Below are positions 18,882-29,358 of a DNA stretch of 64,000 nt, one piece after another; the stretch's first letter is position 1, and every line of letters begins with the position of its first letter. A program made the translations under genes and the position numbers. Below the pieces are notes generated by a model. The model did no database searches and was not told the origin of the DNA. It was given only the letters and a program-made list of their open reading frames with translations. Source of the DNA: Candidatus Hydrogenedentota bacterium (GTDB lineage: Bacteria > Hydrogenedentota > Hydrogenedentia > Hydrogenedentales > GCA-2746185); the NCBI GenBank assembly GCA_046583315.1, contig JAYGCN010000052.1, positions 42,283-106,282 on the forward strand, given 5' to 3'.

Positions 18882-19331
18882 ATGCGCGCGGTTATTCAAC
18901 GGGTCAGTGAGTCATCGGTCACGGTCGATGGGTCTGTTATCGGTGAGATCGGCGTGGGATTCATGGTGCTGTTGGGCGTGTCCGATGACGATACCGAGCA
19001 GGACGCGGATGCCCTTGTGCAAAAAATCGTCGGCTTGCGCGTGTTCAATGACGACGACGGAAAGTTCAATCTGTCATTGATGGATGTGGGCGGGAGGGTG
19101 TTGCTCATTTCCCAGTTCACATTGATGGGGGATTGCCGGAAGGGGCGCCGTCCATCATTTATCAGAGCCGCTCGCCCTGAACACGCGATTCCGTTGTATG
19201 AATCGGTCATTGCGGGTCTAAAACAGCGCGGCGTAACGGTTGCCAGCGGTGAATTCGGTGCGCACATGGACGTGCATCTCATCAATGATGGACCCGTGAC
19301 CCTGCTCGTGGACAGTCGAAAGGAATTCTGA
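18882..19331 (+). CDS. dtd: D-aminoacyl-tRNA deacylase
   Basis: [33 protein letters not shown]. Confidence 0.96.
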   Translation: MRAVIQRVSESSVTVDGSVIGEIGVGFMVLLGVSDDDTEQDADALVQKIVGLRVFNDDDGKFNLSLMDVGGRVLLISQFTLMGDCRKGRRPSFIRAARPEHAIPLYESVIAGLKQRGVTVASGEFGAHMDVHLINDGPVTLLVDSRKEF

Positions 19332-19340
19332 CCAAAGGCG

Positions 19341-20315
19341 ATGAGCACCCCTGATGAGAATAGTCGCTTGCGAATCGTGGTCGCCGGGTCAGGCCGTCTC
19401 GGCATGGCCGTGCTGGAGCCACTACTCGATTCTGGATATGAGGTGGTTGCCGTCGTGCAGAACGGTCGTAAAGTGCCGCGGTGGGAGCGAAAGTTACTCG
19501 GACTTCAGGCGCGCATCACACCGCGTATGCCTTCACCGTTGTGTGAAGCAGTGCGGCAGCGAATTCCAATTTATTGGTTGGAACATCTTGATGCTACGGA
19601 GATTAAATCGCTATGCGCGATGAAACCCGACCTGTTGATTACTTGTGGATTCAGCATCATTCTGCCGGAATCTGTTCTGTCTATCCCGCGCATCGGCTGT
19701 ATCAATGTGCATACGGCCCTGTTGCCGAAACATCGAGGTCCAAATCCCTGCGCGTGGGTCGTGCACGACGGGGACGGAAAATCCGGCGTGACGATTCATG
19801 TTACGGAAACCGGAATCGACACGGGGGCGGTGTTGGCACAGGAATCCTTTGATCTGTCGCCTACTGACACGAGCATGGATGTGTATCTTGCTTCGTGCGC
19901 CGTGACCGCTGGCATGATTTCGGAAACGATTGCAGATATCGAAGCGAATGGTTTTGCGAACGCGCGTGTGCAGGACGAATCTGAGGCGACTTATGACAAG
20001 CGCTTCAATGATGAGCAGTCGCGCGTGGATTGGACGCAGTCCGCCGTGGCAATTGAACGATTGATACGCGCGGCGCATGCCTACGCTCCGGCCTGGTTCC
20101 AATTCGGCAAAACGCGCGTGCGTTTGGTGCAGGCTGAGGCGAAAATGGGTGGCCGTGATGTTGCACCAGGTGTGATTGTGGCCGTCGACCCCGAGCTCGT
20201 CGTCGGTACGGGCGACGGGACACTGACCCTGTACTCAACCTATACCGATCAACGCGGCGGCACACGATGGCCGGGCGCGTTCACGAAGCTGAAACCGGGC
20301 ATGCGTCTGGAGTAA
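19341..20315 (+). CDS. Methionyl-tRNA formyltransferase-like protein (Fmt paralog)
   Basis: INVHTALLPKHRGPNP, GVTIH, IDTG and an Fmt-like C-terminal domain; lacks the canonical FMGTP N-terminus. Confidence 0.8.
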   Translation: MSTPDENSRLRIVVAGSGRLGMAVLEPLLDSGYEVVAVVQNGRKVPRWERKLLGLQARITPRMPSPLCEAVRQRIPIYWLEHLDATEIKSLCAMKPDLLITCGFSIILPESVLSIPRIGCINVHTALLPKHRGPNPCAWVVHDGDGKSGVTIHVTETGIDTGAVLAQESFDLSPTDTSMDVYLASCAVTAGMISETIADIEANGFANARVQDESEATYDKRFNDEQSRVDWTQSAVAIERLIRAAHAYAPAWFQFGKTRVRLVQAEAKMGGRDVAPGVIVAVDPELVVGTGDGTLTLYSTYTDQRGGTRWPGAFTKLKPGMRLE

Positions 20316-20340
20316 GATACGCGCAGGGGGAAATACGCCG

Positions 20341-20970
20341 ATGGATGTCGAAATTCGCGAGTACCGTGACGAGGATGAGCAGAAATGGATGCGCGTCCAC
20401 GCAGAAATCATGACGATATCCCATTCCTGGAACTATTGCATACAGGAACGCCCCCCCTATGATGGCCACGAATCCACGCGACTCGTCGCGCTCGTGGACG
20501 GGAAGATTATTGGGTTGACCGATACGCTTTACGATAACGAACCCGGCGAAATTTGTTTCAACAAAGAAACGCGCGGGGGTTATGTCACAGAGTTCGGTCG
20601 ACTACCCGGATTCGCGGCGAAGGGACTCGGCATTCAGCTCATGCAAGCGACGATGGATCATGCGCACGCCAAGGGGATCGACCGCCTCGAATACTGGTCG
20701 CAGGATCGCAACGCACAACGCTACTACATGAAACTCGGGCTGCCCGAAATCTCGCGCCATTATCGTTTCCGCATGCAAGCCCCGCAAGAGGTCGGCGACC
20801 ACCTCCTCCAAGACGGCATCGGAGTCGAATACATCTACGGCGTGTGCCAGCCCGAAGATTGGCCAGCCGTGAAAAAGAAATATGAAATCAAAATGGATCA
20901 CCCACTAGAACCCCACCTGTGTATCGGCTACGCGATCGATGATTTCGAGAAACCGTTCCCGAAGGGCTAA
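20341..20970 (+). CDS. GNAT family N-acetyltransferase
   Basis: EIREYRDED, KGLGIQLM acetyl-CoA motif, NAQRYYMKLG. Confidence 0.8.
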   Translation: MDVEIREYRDEDEQKWMRVHAEIMTISHSWNYCIQERPPYDGHESTRLVALVDGKIIGLTDTLYDNEPGEICFNKETRGGYVTEFGRLPGFAAKGLGIQLMQATMDHAHAKGIDRLEYWSQDRNAQRYYMKLGLPEISRHYRFRMQAPQEVGDHLLQDGIGVEYIYGVCQPEDWPAVKKKYEIKMDHPLEPHLCIGYAIDDFEKPFPKG

Positions 20971-20982
20971 GGGCGAAGAGCA

Positions 20983-21617
20983 TTCACCGCGGAGGCGCGG
21001 AGAACGCGGAGGAAATTTGTGATAGATATCGAGTCTATACGAAATTTGCTGGCAAACGAACTCCGTAGCTGCGAATTCGGATATATATATCGCCCTAAGA
21101 GGGCGTTTTTGGATTTTTTCGAATAAATCGATGCAACGTACCCTAGATTTTGTCGATTTGCTTCGGAAACCTCCATCGAACTTTTACATTTGTCATGACA
21201 ACCCGGATCTGGATATTTTGAAAGAAGCGATTGATAATAAACAAATTTACCATTTAGGGGGAGAGGTTTATCGAATTTCCCACTCATTTGACACAAATTT
21301 ATTCTACCGCTGTTTCTTTTTGTACTCAGATTCTTGGGCGTATTGGATTACTTCGGACTGTACTTTCGAAGGAAGCTTCGTTCGCTATGAAATGGAAATG
21401 GATGGGGATTATAGAAGAGGAACTAGCCCGTCGAGTGAATTTAGGCGAAATTGATGTTGCAGTTTGCGCGTACGGAGATGGTGTAGAAATGCACATAATA
21501 GTTAACAACAAGGCGGAGTAGCCTTATTTATTGTTGATGCGCCGACAGGTAATCCCTCTCCGCGCCCTCCGCGTCTCCGCGGTGAAGAAAGCCCTTCTTC
21601 GTGTTCTTCGTGGTGAA
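20983..21617. mobile_element. Putative repeat-bounded cargo cassette 2
   Basis: TTCACCGCGGAGGCGCGGAGAACGCGGAG (20983-21011) and its inverted copy at 21558-21586 (26/29 match) bracket an AT-rich decayed ORF. A further variant TTCTTCGTGTTCTTCGTGGTGAA lies at 21595-21617. Mobility is inferred. Confidence 0.55.
21019..21521 (+). pseudogene. Probable decayed AT-rich orphan gene
   Basis: GTG 21019 behind GGAGG reads VIDIESIRNLLANE... to TAA 21124-21126. Overlapping fragments 21131-21454 and 21288-21521 in other frames suggest frameshifts. Confidence 0.4.
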
Positions 21618-21621
21618 AAAG

Positions 21622-23085
21622 CTAAGCCAGCAAATCCTTCACGACCCGTCCATGCACATCCGTCAACCGGAATTGTCGGCCTTTGAGTTTGTAGTTGAGG
21701 CGTTCGTGGTCGATGCCCAACAGGTGGAGCAGGGTGGCGTGGAAATCGTGGACGTGTACGCCGTTTTCGGTGATGTTGTAGCCGAAATCGTCGGTGCTGC
21801 CGTAGCTGAAGCCGGGTTTTACGCCGCCGCCGGCCATCCATACGCTGAAACAGCGGGGATGATGATCGCGACCATAGTTCGTTTCCGTGAGCGCGCCTTG
21901 CGAGTAGTTCGTGCGTCCGAATTCACCACCCCAGATGACCAGCGTGTCGTCGAGCAGGCCCCGTTGTTTCAGATCGGCGACGAGTGCCGCGGAAGGCTGA
22001 TCGGTTTCAGCGCATTGCGTCTTTATGCCGCCGGGTAAGCCACCGTGCTGATCCCAGCCGCGATGAAAGAGTTGGATGAAACGAACGCCGCGTTCGGCGA
22101 GTCGTCGTGCGAGTAGACAGTTGGCCGCGTAGGTGCCCGGTTTTTTCGAGTCGGGACCATACATCTCGAATGTCGATTCCGGTTCGTCGGAGATGTCGGT
22201 CGCTTCGGGCACAGAGGTCTGCATGCGGAAGGCCATTTCGTATTGCGCGACCCGTGCTTCGAGGATGTCGCGATTGGCCTCATCTTGCTGGAGTTCGTGG
22301 ATCTGTGCCATACGATTCAACAACATGCGCCGGGATTCTTCGCCGATTTCGCCGGGGTTGTTGAGATAGAGGACCGGGTCCTTGCCCGAGCGGAACTGAA
22401 CGCCCTGGTGTTTAGAAGGAAGGAAACCGTTGCCCCAAAGGCGCGAATAGAGGGGTTGTCCACCTTTGGCTTTCGTGACGAGCGCGACATACGCCGGAAG
22501 GTTTTCATTTTCCGTTCCGAGACCGTAATCGATCCACGAGCCGATGGAGGGACGTCCCGCGCGTTGATCGCCAGTCTGGAAGAAGGTGATGGCCGGGTCG
22601 TGGTTGATGGCTTCGGTGTACATCGACTTGATGATGCAGAGTTCGTCGGCAATTTTTTGTGTATGCGGCAACAAATCACTCATCCATTGTCCCGACTCGC
22701 CATGTTGACCGAACTTGAAGATGGAACCCGCCATGGGTAATGACGCCTGATTCGCGCTCATGCCGGTGAGGCGTTGTCCTTGCCGAACGGAATCGGGCAG
22801 TTCTTCCCCGTTGCGTTCGTTGAGCAAAGGTTTGTAGTCGAAAAGATCAAGCTGGGATGGGCCACCGCTCTGGAAAAGGTAGATGACGCGTTTCGCCTTG
22901 GGTGCAAAGTGGGGGAGTGATGGCAGGCCGCCCGTTGCCGCGTGGGCAGACGAATCGCCAAGCATATCGGCCAGCGCCATACCACCAAGTCCCATACCAA
23001 CTTGACTCAGGAATTTGCGGCGACTCAGAGACGAAGGGTCCCATTCGCCCGTGCATTGATTACAGATTGGGTCGAATTCGCTCAT
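21622..23085 (-). CDS. DUF1501 family protein (Tat-exported)
   Basis: SRRKFL Tat motif, AKRVIYLFQSGGPSQLDLFD, CLLARRLAERGVRF, WDQH, GEFGR, GRDHH. Confidence 0.93.
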   Translation of the reverse strand: MSEFDPICNQCTGEWDPSSLSRRKFLSQVGMGLGGMALADMLGDSSAHAATGGLPSLPHFAPKAKRVIYLFQSGGPSQLDLFDYKPLLNERNGEELPDSVRQGQRLTGMSANQASLPMAGSIFKFGQHGESGQWMSDLLPHTQKIADELCIIKSMYTEAINHDPAITFFQTGDQRAGRPSIGSWIDYGLGTENENLPAYVALVTKAKGGQPLYSRLWGNGFLPSKHQGVQFRSGKDPVLYLNNPGEIGEESRRMLLNRMAQIHELQQDEANRDILEARVAQYEMAFRMQTSVPEATDISDEPESTFEMYGPDSKKPGTYAANCLLARRLAERGVRFIQLFHRGWDQHGGLPGGIKTQCAETDQPSAALVADLKQRGLLDDTLVIWGGEFGRTNYSQGALTETNYGRDHHPRCFSVWMAGGGVKPGFSYGSTDDFGYNITENGVHVHDFHATLLHLLGIDHERLNYKLKGRQFRLTDVHGRVVKDLLA

Positions 23086-26000
23086 AACTTCACCTGAAAT
23101 TCGTTGAGGTTCATGATGCCCTGCGCGATGGCGGTCATGGCGGCCGTGTTAATGTTGTCCAGGCCGATGAGGCGTTCTTTATCGCCGACCGCAAGATAAC
23201 TTTTTGCTTCTTCTTCATTATTCGCGAACCAATCGCGCTGCTCATAGAACGCGTCATTCAGAATCGATGATTCTTCCGCAGTTGCCTCCCGTGTCAGAAG
23301 CGCGCGGAATATGGTGCTGATTCCTGCGGTATGGTCGTCTTTGTGCTGAAGCAGTGTTTTCTCCGCGAGCACACGCGCGGCCTCTACGTATTGCGGATCG
23401 TTGAGCAGAATGAGAGCCTGCAACGGAGTGGTCGTGCGTTCGCGGCGTACCACGCACACTTCGCGAGTGGTCGCATCAAAGGTGAGCATGGACGGCGGCG
23501 GCACGGTGCGTTTGATGAAGGTGTAGATGCTGCGGCGATAAAGTTTGTCGCCTTTATCGGCCACATAACTCGCCGATGCCACGTCTTTCCAGAGGCCGTC
23601 GGGTTGATAAGGTTTCACGCTGGGGCCGCCGATGGTTTTCGTGATCAGCCCGGATGATACGAGTGCCGCATCGCGAATTTCTTCGGCGGAACGACGGTAG
23701 AGCGACGCGCGGGCGAGCAGGACGTTGTCGGGATCGTGTTCGAGAAGTTTCTTGGACGCGGCACTTGACTGACGATAGGCAGCTGACAGCACCAATCGTT
23801 TCAGTAATGCTTTCGTATCCCAAGCGTTGTCGCGATATTCGTTTGCGAGATAGTCGAGCAGTTCGGGATGACTCGGCAGCTCGCCTTGTAATCCGAAATC
23901 TTCCTGCGTGGCGACGAGTCCCTGCCCAAATATTTGCTGCCAGAGTCGATTGACCGCGACGCGTGAGGTGAGAGGGTGATCGGGATGCAGCAACCACTGC
24001 GCGAGTCCGAGTCGGTTCATGGGGAATTCATCGGGCGATTCAAAGAGATTGCCGGGAAAGGTTGCCTGCACCGCTGTGGTCGGGTTTTGATACTGTCCGC
24101 GATCCAGGATGTGCGTTGGATGCAGGCCGGGTTCTTCGGTCATGACCATGAGTTGCCGAATGCCGTCAAGGTGATCGGATTCACGCTTGCGGGTTTCGCG
24201 AAGGGAGTCGCGTTCTTCGATGGAGGCTTCGTGGATACGGGCGGCATAGTAGCGCTGCACTTCCAGAGATCCGGGGTCTTCTTCTATTGCGGCGGCGATC
24301 ACTTCGGCGGGTGATTGTCGTGTCGCGATCGACTGCACCTCAATCGCGGTCAATTTGCGCGGGAAGGCCATGAAGTCGTCCATGCGCCCGTTGCGGAACC
24401 CATTATCGCGGAAACGTGCGCCGAGGGTAAGCGCAGGGTCGTCACCTTTCTTGTTGTACCAGATCGTGCGCGTAAGTTTGTCGCGCAGGATGTCGAATGT
24501 TGCAGATTCACCATTGACGAAGAGGTTGATTCCAGCTGCGGTGCTGGAGCCGTCGTACGTGGCCGCGATATGCACCCATTCACCGACGGGTAATGTCGTT
24601 TCGGATTGCACACGAACCGCGTTGCCGGGCCAGAAGTGTACCAGACTGAACACGAGTTTGCCCTCGTCGATCATGATTTCGTATCCGCGACTACCTGCGT
24701 CGGAAGCGGCCTTCGATTTATGAAGGATGACCATGTGGGGCAGCATCTCTTTGATGTAGAGGGACATGGTGAAGCTGAAGGCATCGTAGCGGTTATAGAT
24801 GCCGGCTTCCTTGATGTTGATGGCACTCTCTCCGCTAAATTTGTTGGCGGCGCCGGAATCCCTTTCGGATTTGATGAACTGGCCTTCGATTTTTCCCGCA
24901 GAGCCTGAATTTTCCAGCCCCTTTTCACCGTCAAAGGAGAGGTGGACTTCGGGTTCCAGTTCGCGGATGTCTCGCTTGTTTTTCTTGATCCATTTTTTGT
25001 AGCTGCGACCGAGATCAGAGTCGGCGATGGCTACGACGTCATCTGCGGCGGTAATGGCCTCAAGCAGTTCGCGGTGCTTCTTCTCGGAGGCTGGCGTGTA
25101 GAGGTTCAGGGTGGGTGTCGGCGTGGCGTTTGTGAAGTGAGAATAGAGTCCCGACTCATCAATCTTGTCGAAGAAGGCCATGAATTCGTAGAAACTTTTT
25201 TGCGAAATCGGATCGAATTTGTGATCATGACACCGTGCGCACTCCAGCGTGAGTCCCATGAACGCCGTGCCCATTGTCGCCACGCGGTCAACGTTGTATT
25301 CGATTCGGTATTCTTCGTTGACGCTTCCGCCCTCGTTGGTTTGACGGTGCAGACGATTGAACGCCGTCGCGATTTTTTGGTCCTGTGTGGGATTCGGCAG
25401 CAGGTCGCCCGCAAGCTGTTCCGTCAAAAACTGGTCATAGGGCATGTTCTGATTGAACGAAGCAATCACCCAGTCGCGCCACGGCCACAGGTGCGTTTCC
25501 ACGTCGCTTTGATAACCGAAGGTGTCCGCGAATCGCGCGACATCCAGCCACGCCGAGGCCATGTGCTCGCCGTAGTGCGTGGAGGCCAATAGTGCATCGA
25601 CGACCTTTTCGTAACGTGACGCCGACGTGTCCTGCTCGAATGCCTCGATGGCTTCTGGCGTCGGCGGTAGTCCGGTGAGGTCAAAGGTCACGCGCCGTAG
25701 CCAGAGAATCGGATCGACTTCCGGTGCAGGTTGGAATCCCGCTTCCATAATGCCGTCCAGCACAAAGGCGTCAATCGGATCACGTGTCCAGTCGGTCGAA
25801 GGCGGTACCGTGGGACGTGACGGTTTCTGAAAGGCCCAGTGCCCCTCGAATTGCGCGCCCGCATCAATCCATTCCAGTAACATCGCAATCTGCGCGTCGG
25901 TCAGCGACTTTTTCGAGTCCGGTGGCGGCATGCGGTCCCGCGATTTCTCCGAGGTAACGTGTTCAACAAGTAGACTGTCCTCGAGATCGCCCGGCGTGAT

Positions 26001-26198
26001 GGCACCATAATCGATCGCGTCCGCAATGTCATCGAAACGCAAGTCCGATTCACGCTTGTTCGCATCTGGACCATGACACGCATAACAATTGTCCGCAAAA
26101 ATAGGACGAATGTCGCGCACATAATCCGGCGCGGCTTGGGACAGCGGTGTTGCCAGAAGTGAGGCAATGAATAGTGTATAAATAAAACGGTAGTTCAT
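23082..26198 (-). CDS. DUF1549/DUF1553 protein with planctomycete cytochrome c and LamG-like domains
   Basis: CYACHG and CARCHDHKFDPI heme motifs, WLDVARFADT, HPELLDYLA, TTTPLQALILLND; paired with DUF1501. Confidence 0.93.
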   Translation of the reverse strand: MNYRFIYTLFIASLLATPLSQAAPDYVRDIRPIFADNCYACHGPDANKRESDLRFDDIADAIDYGAITPGDLEDSLLVEHVTSEKSRDRMPPPDSKKSLTDAQIAMLLEWIDAGAQFEGHWAFQKPSRPTVPPSTDWTRDPIDAFVLDGIMEAGFQPAPEVDPILWLRRVTFDLTGLPPTPEAIEAFEQDTSASRYEKVVDALLASTHYGEHMASAWLDVARFADTFGYQSDVETHLWPWRDWVIASFNQNMPYDQFLTEQLAGDLLPNPTQDQKIATAFNRLHRQTNEGGSVNEEYRIEYNVDRVATMGTAFMGLTLECARCHDHKFDPISQKSFYEFMAFFDKIDESGLYSHFTNATPTPTLNLYTPASEKKHRELLEAITAADDVVAIADSDLGRSYKKWIKKNKRDIRELEPEVHLSFDGEKGLENSGSAGKIEGQFIKSERDSGAANKFSGESAINIKEAGIYNRYDAFSFTMSLYIKEMLPHMVILHKSKAASDAGSRGYEIMIDEGKLVFSLVHFWPGNAVRVQSETTLPVGEWVHIAATYDGSSTAAGINLFVNGESATFDILRDKLTRTIWYNKKGDDPALTLGARFRDNGFRNGRMDDFMAFPRKLTAIEVQSIATRQSPAEVIAAAIEEDPGSLEVQRYYAARIHEASIEERDSLRETRKRESDHLDGIRQLMVMTEEPGLHPTHILDRGQYQNPTTAVQATFPGNLFESPDEFPMNRLGLAQWLLHPDHPLTSRVAVNRLWQQIFGQGLVATQEDFGLQGELPSHPELLDYLANEYRDNAWDTKALLKRLVLSAAYRQSSAASKKLLEHDPDNVLLARASLYRRSAEEIRDAALVSSGLITKTIGGPSVKPYQPDGLWKDVASASYVADKGDKLYRRSIYTFIKRTVPPPSMLTFDATTREVCVVRRERTTTPLQALILLNDPQYVEAARVLAEKTLLQHKDDHTAGISTIFRALLTREATAEESSILNDAFYEQRDWFANNEEEAKSYLAVGDKERLIGLDNINTAAMTAIAQGIMNLNEFQVKL

Positions 26199-26359
26199 GA
26201 TGGTTTATTGAACTCGTTGCAACCTTAAACCATTGTACCTCGTATCCAGACATCAATGCGAAAAGAGCGTCGCCCCCCGTCAATCACTTGCGAAACCCTG
26301 GAATAGTGTGGTTGAATGGACTCTATCTAATTCAAGGCTACTGTACGAAGGATATTCCC

Positions 26360-27859
26360 ATGTACCGGCACGTCACATTAATTTTGCTCTTGCTTTTGGG
26401 CAGCTCGATTGCCTACGCCGACTCCTACTCGAAACTTTGGGGTGAAGACGGGGAGGCTTGGTCTTCTGAGAGCCGACTGCCTGAGTTTTCATTTGCTGGA
26501 TATGGGCGTGGTGAACGTGCGATTTCCGTTTCGTCGGTTACGCACAACGTCAAAGATTTCGGCGCGGTGGGGGATGGGGAAACCGACGATAGCGATGCCT
26601 TCGTTCGTGCGTTGAGCGAAGTCGAGCACGGGGTGTTGTATGTGCCGGAGGGCCGATATCGAATCACGAAAATGCTCAGCATCGATAAACCGAATCTCGT
26701 GTTACGTGGTGCGGGACCCGACAAGACGACACTCTTTTTTCCGATTCCGCTCAACGACATCAAACCAAATTGGGGTGCAACGACGAGCGGTCAGCGTACT
26801 TCCAATTACTCGTGGTCCGGCGGGTTCATCGCCATCCGCGGCAACTTCCGCACCGAACGCATCACGGTAGTCGAAGGCACAGCCAAGCGCGGTGCCCATC
26901 AGCTCATCGTGGCAGATGCCGGGTCACTCGTCATTGGACAGGAAATCGAAATTAAGCTGACGGATGATGCCGAAAACTCGCTTGCGATGCACTTGTACTC
27001 CGACGATCCGCGAATCGGCCTTGAAAAACTACTCGGCAGAGTACGCGCGTCACTGGTCACCCGCATCACGGCGATATCCGGCAATACGATTAGCTTCGAC
27101 CGACCGCTACGGTGCGACATTGACCCGAAGTGGAAACCCGGCATCTATCGTTTCGCTCCTACCGTCACCGAATCGGGTATCGAAGACCTCCGCTTCGAAT
27201 TTCCGAATACGCCCTACAAGGGACACTTCTCCGAACTCGGCTTCAACGCCATTGCTCTCACGCAAACCGCCCACTGCTGGGTGCGCAACATTCGCGTGCA
27301 CAATTCGGATAGCGGGGCCTTCATCTCCGGGCACTTCAATACCCTTGACGGCGTGGTCTACACCTCCGACCGTGAAAAAGATTCGGGACGGCAATCGCAG
27401 GGGCATCACGGCATCACGAACGGCGGCAACGACAACCTCTTTGAGAATTTCGATTTCCAATGTGAGTTCATCCACGACATCACCGTAAGCCGCAGCTCTG
27501 GCAACGTACACAAGAATGGCAAAGGTGTGAATCTTTCGTTAGACCATCACCGCCACGCCCCCTACGAAAATCTGTTCACCAATATTCATGTCGGGAAAGG
27601 CACACGCACATGGCGATCCGGCGGCGGCGCATCGCTGGGTGCGCACTGTGCTGCACGAGGCACCTTCTGGAACATACAAGCCGGCCGACCAATCGCTGTG
27701 CCCGACAAAAAATTCGGCCCGTGGTCCATGAACCTCGTGGGCGTGAACATGAACGAAGAAGACCAGCTCAAGAAAAACGAACGCTGGTACGAACACAGCG
27801 GGTCCGGCGTGACTCCACGCGATTTGCATGAAGCGCAGTTGCGGAAACGATTACAATAA
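26360..27859 (+). CDS. Secreted right-handed beta-helix glycan-active protein (pectate lyase 3 / GH28-related)
   Basis: Signal peptide, LPEFSFAGY, NVKDFGAVGDGETDDS, LYVPEGRY, VLRGAG. Confidence 0.8.
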   Translation: MYRHVTLILLLLLGSSIAYADSYSKLWGEDGEAWSSESRLPEFSFAGYGRGERAISVSSVTHNVKDFGAVGDGETDDSDAFVRALSEVEHGVLYVPEGRYRITKMLSIDKPNLVLRGAGPDKTTLFFPIPLNDIKPNWGATTSGQRTSNYSWSGGFIAIRGNFRTERITVVEGTAKRGAHQLIVADAGSLVIGQEIEIKLTDDAENSLAMHLYSDDPRIGLEKLLGRVRASLVTRITAISGNTISFDRPLRCDIDPKWKPGIYRFAPTVTESGIEDLRFEFPNTPYKGHFSELGFNAIALTQTAHCWVRNIRVHNSDSGAFISGHFNTLDGVVYTSDREKDSGRQSQGHHGITNGGNDNLFENFDFQCEFIHDITVSRSSGNVHKNGKGVNLSLDHHRHAPYENLFTNIHVGKGTRTWRSGGGASLGAHCAARGTFWNIQAGRPIAVPDKKFGPWSMNLVGVNMNEEDQLKKNERWYEHSGSGVTPRDLHEAQLRKRLQ

Positions 27860-28068
27860 CGCGTCACGAGCAACCACCTCGTCCCAATCTCAACTCGAAC
27901 CTTGAAATGCCACTGCCCCTACTTCCTACGATTTCTTTTCTATAGAGAGCCCGCGAGATTGCTGTTTCCTTATTTGCAGCGTAGGTTCGACGTCGCTATA
28001 ATCGATTTAGGTGTCCTGAAAGAACGGTAAGAAAGCAAAAGATAGTCTAAACACAGGAGGTCTCACTT

Positions 28069-28362
28069 ATGGAAGCTGATAAGCCAATCAACGTACCGCT
28101 AATTGTCGTCTCGTTCATTGTAATCATACTGTATAACGTTCTTAGTTCCATGTACACGCCCGATACTACCAGCGTAGAGCCCTCCGTTGCAGGCTTTGTT
28201 TTAACGTCCATCGCTCTTTTGCTCGTGATCCCACTACTGGTCATTTGGTTCAAAGCCCTTTGGAACGAGGTCATACCTCGTGTGACTTCGTGGGGGAGAC
28301 TTTCGTACATGGAGGCTTTCGGCATCATGACGATTATCATGTTTTTGGGCTCTGATCTTTAG
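28069..28362 (+). CDS. Small membrane protein
   Basis: AGGAGG SD; three hydrophobic segments. Confidence 0.7.
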   Translation: MEADKPINVPLIVVSFIVIILYNVLSSMYTPDTTSVEPSVAGFVLTSIALLLVIPLLVIWFKALWNEVIPRVTSWGRLSYMEAFGIMTIIMFLGSDL

Positions 28363-28406
28363 TCAGGCACTATTGCGCACCTGGTGGCACGCGTTTCCAT
28401 TTTCTT

Positions 28407-28590
28407 CAACCGCCTTCGGGGTTGTATTTCTTTTTGTCGGTGTTCGGGGGTTATTAGCCCCGGCTATTCATCTTGAACCCTTTCCGGGATCCGGGTTGGT
28501 GTGTCGGTTCGTGATAACGCTGGGGCGGTATTTTGCGGCCTTGGGGGTTTGGACTCTTCGTTTAGGATTCCCAATCAAGTTGGGAATGAC
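28407..28590. repeat. Cluster of REP-like palindrome remnants
   Basis: CAACCGCCTTCGGGGTTG (28407-28424), CGGGGGTTATTAGCCCCG followed by AACCCTTTCCGGGAT (28445-28490), ATTCCCAA-TCAAG-TTGGGAAT-GAC (28567-28590). Confidence 0.5.
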
Positions 28591-28681
28591 ACAGGGGGGG
28601 ATGCTATACTCGCGAATACTTAATGGTTTAACTATTTTTGTTTTCGCGATGATCGCGGAACGTGTTGACCAGGAAAATTCA

Positions 28682-29305
28682 GTGACCGAGCCCTTGAACA
28701 TAGAATCGATTCGTGATGCCATGGCCTCGCATGAACCGGACACGCGGGCGTCCGAGAATGCGACGCGTAACGCTGCGGTCGCGATGATTATTGCCAATCA
28801 CGAAGAACTTGATCTTGCTGCGTTATTTATCCAACGGGCCGAACATCCCGGTGATCCCTGGTCCGGACAGATGGCGATGCCCGGCGGTCGTAACGAAGAT
28901 TCCGATGCGAGTTATCAACATGCAGCGATGCGTGAGACCCTCGAAGAAGTGGGCGTCACCCTGACGGACGAGATGTGCATCGGACGACTCCACGATTTGT
29001 ACGGTGGGCGACTCGAAGCGCATCGCATGGCCGTGTCGCCTTACGTGTTTGACGTGGGTCCCGTGCCGAAAGTGACGCTGAATTACGAAGTGGCCGATAC
29101 GGTGTGGGTGCCGCTCGAATTCATGCGGTATCCCGAAAATACGACGCCCTATGTATTTCATCTTGATCCGGAAGGACGCGAATTCCCCGCGTTTCGATAC
29201 GAAAGCTATACGATTTGGGGATTGACCTTTCGAATCCTCGCCAACTTCTATCGTACGCTGGGCATTGAACATCCCGCCGACCCCATTGCCACGGACGTGG
29301 AATAA
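28682..29305 (+). CDS. CoA pyrophosphatase (NudL-like Nudix hydrolase)
   Basis: AAVAM, RAEHPGDPWSGQMAMPGG, AMRETLEEVG Nudix box, IWGLT. Start moved to GTG 28682. Confidence 0.88.
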   Translation: MTEPLNIESIRDAMASHEPDTRASENATRNAAVAMIIANHEELDLAALFIQRAEHPGDPWSGQMAMPGGRNEDSDASYQHAAMRETLEEVGVTLTDEMCIGRLHDLYGGRLEAHRMAVSPYVFDVGPVPKVTLNYEVADTVWVPLEFMRYPENTTPYVFHLDPEGREFPAFRYESYTIWGLTFRILANFYRTLGIEHPADPIATDVE

Positions 29306-29358
29306 ACTGCGCATAGCCGATTGTGGTTTAATGGGTCATTCAATACGCAGGAGGCACG

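Noticed and set aside
28373..28681. N-terminal extension of the Nudix ORF
   Set aside because: It runs through palindromic repeats and a TATACT promoter-like site; family similarity starts near GTG 28682.
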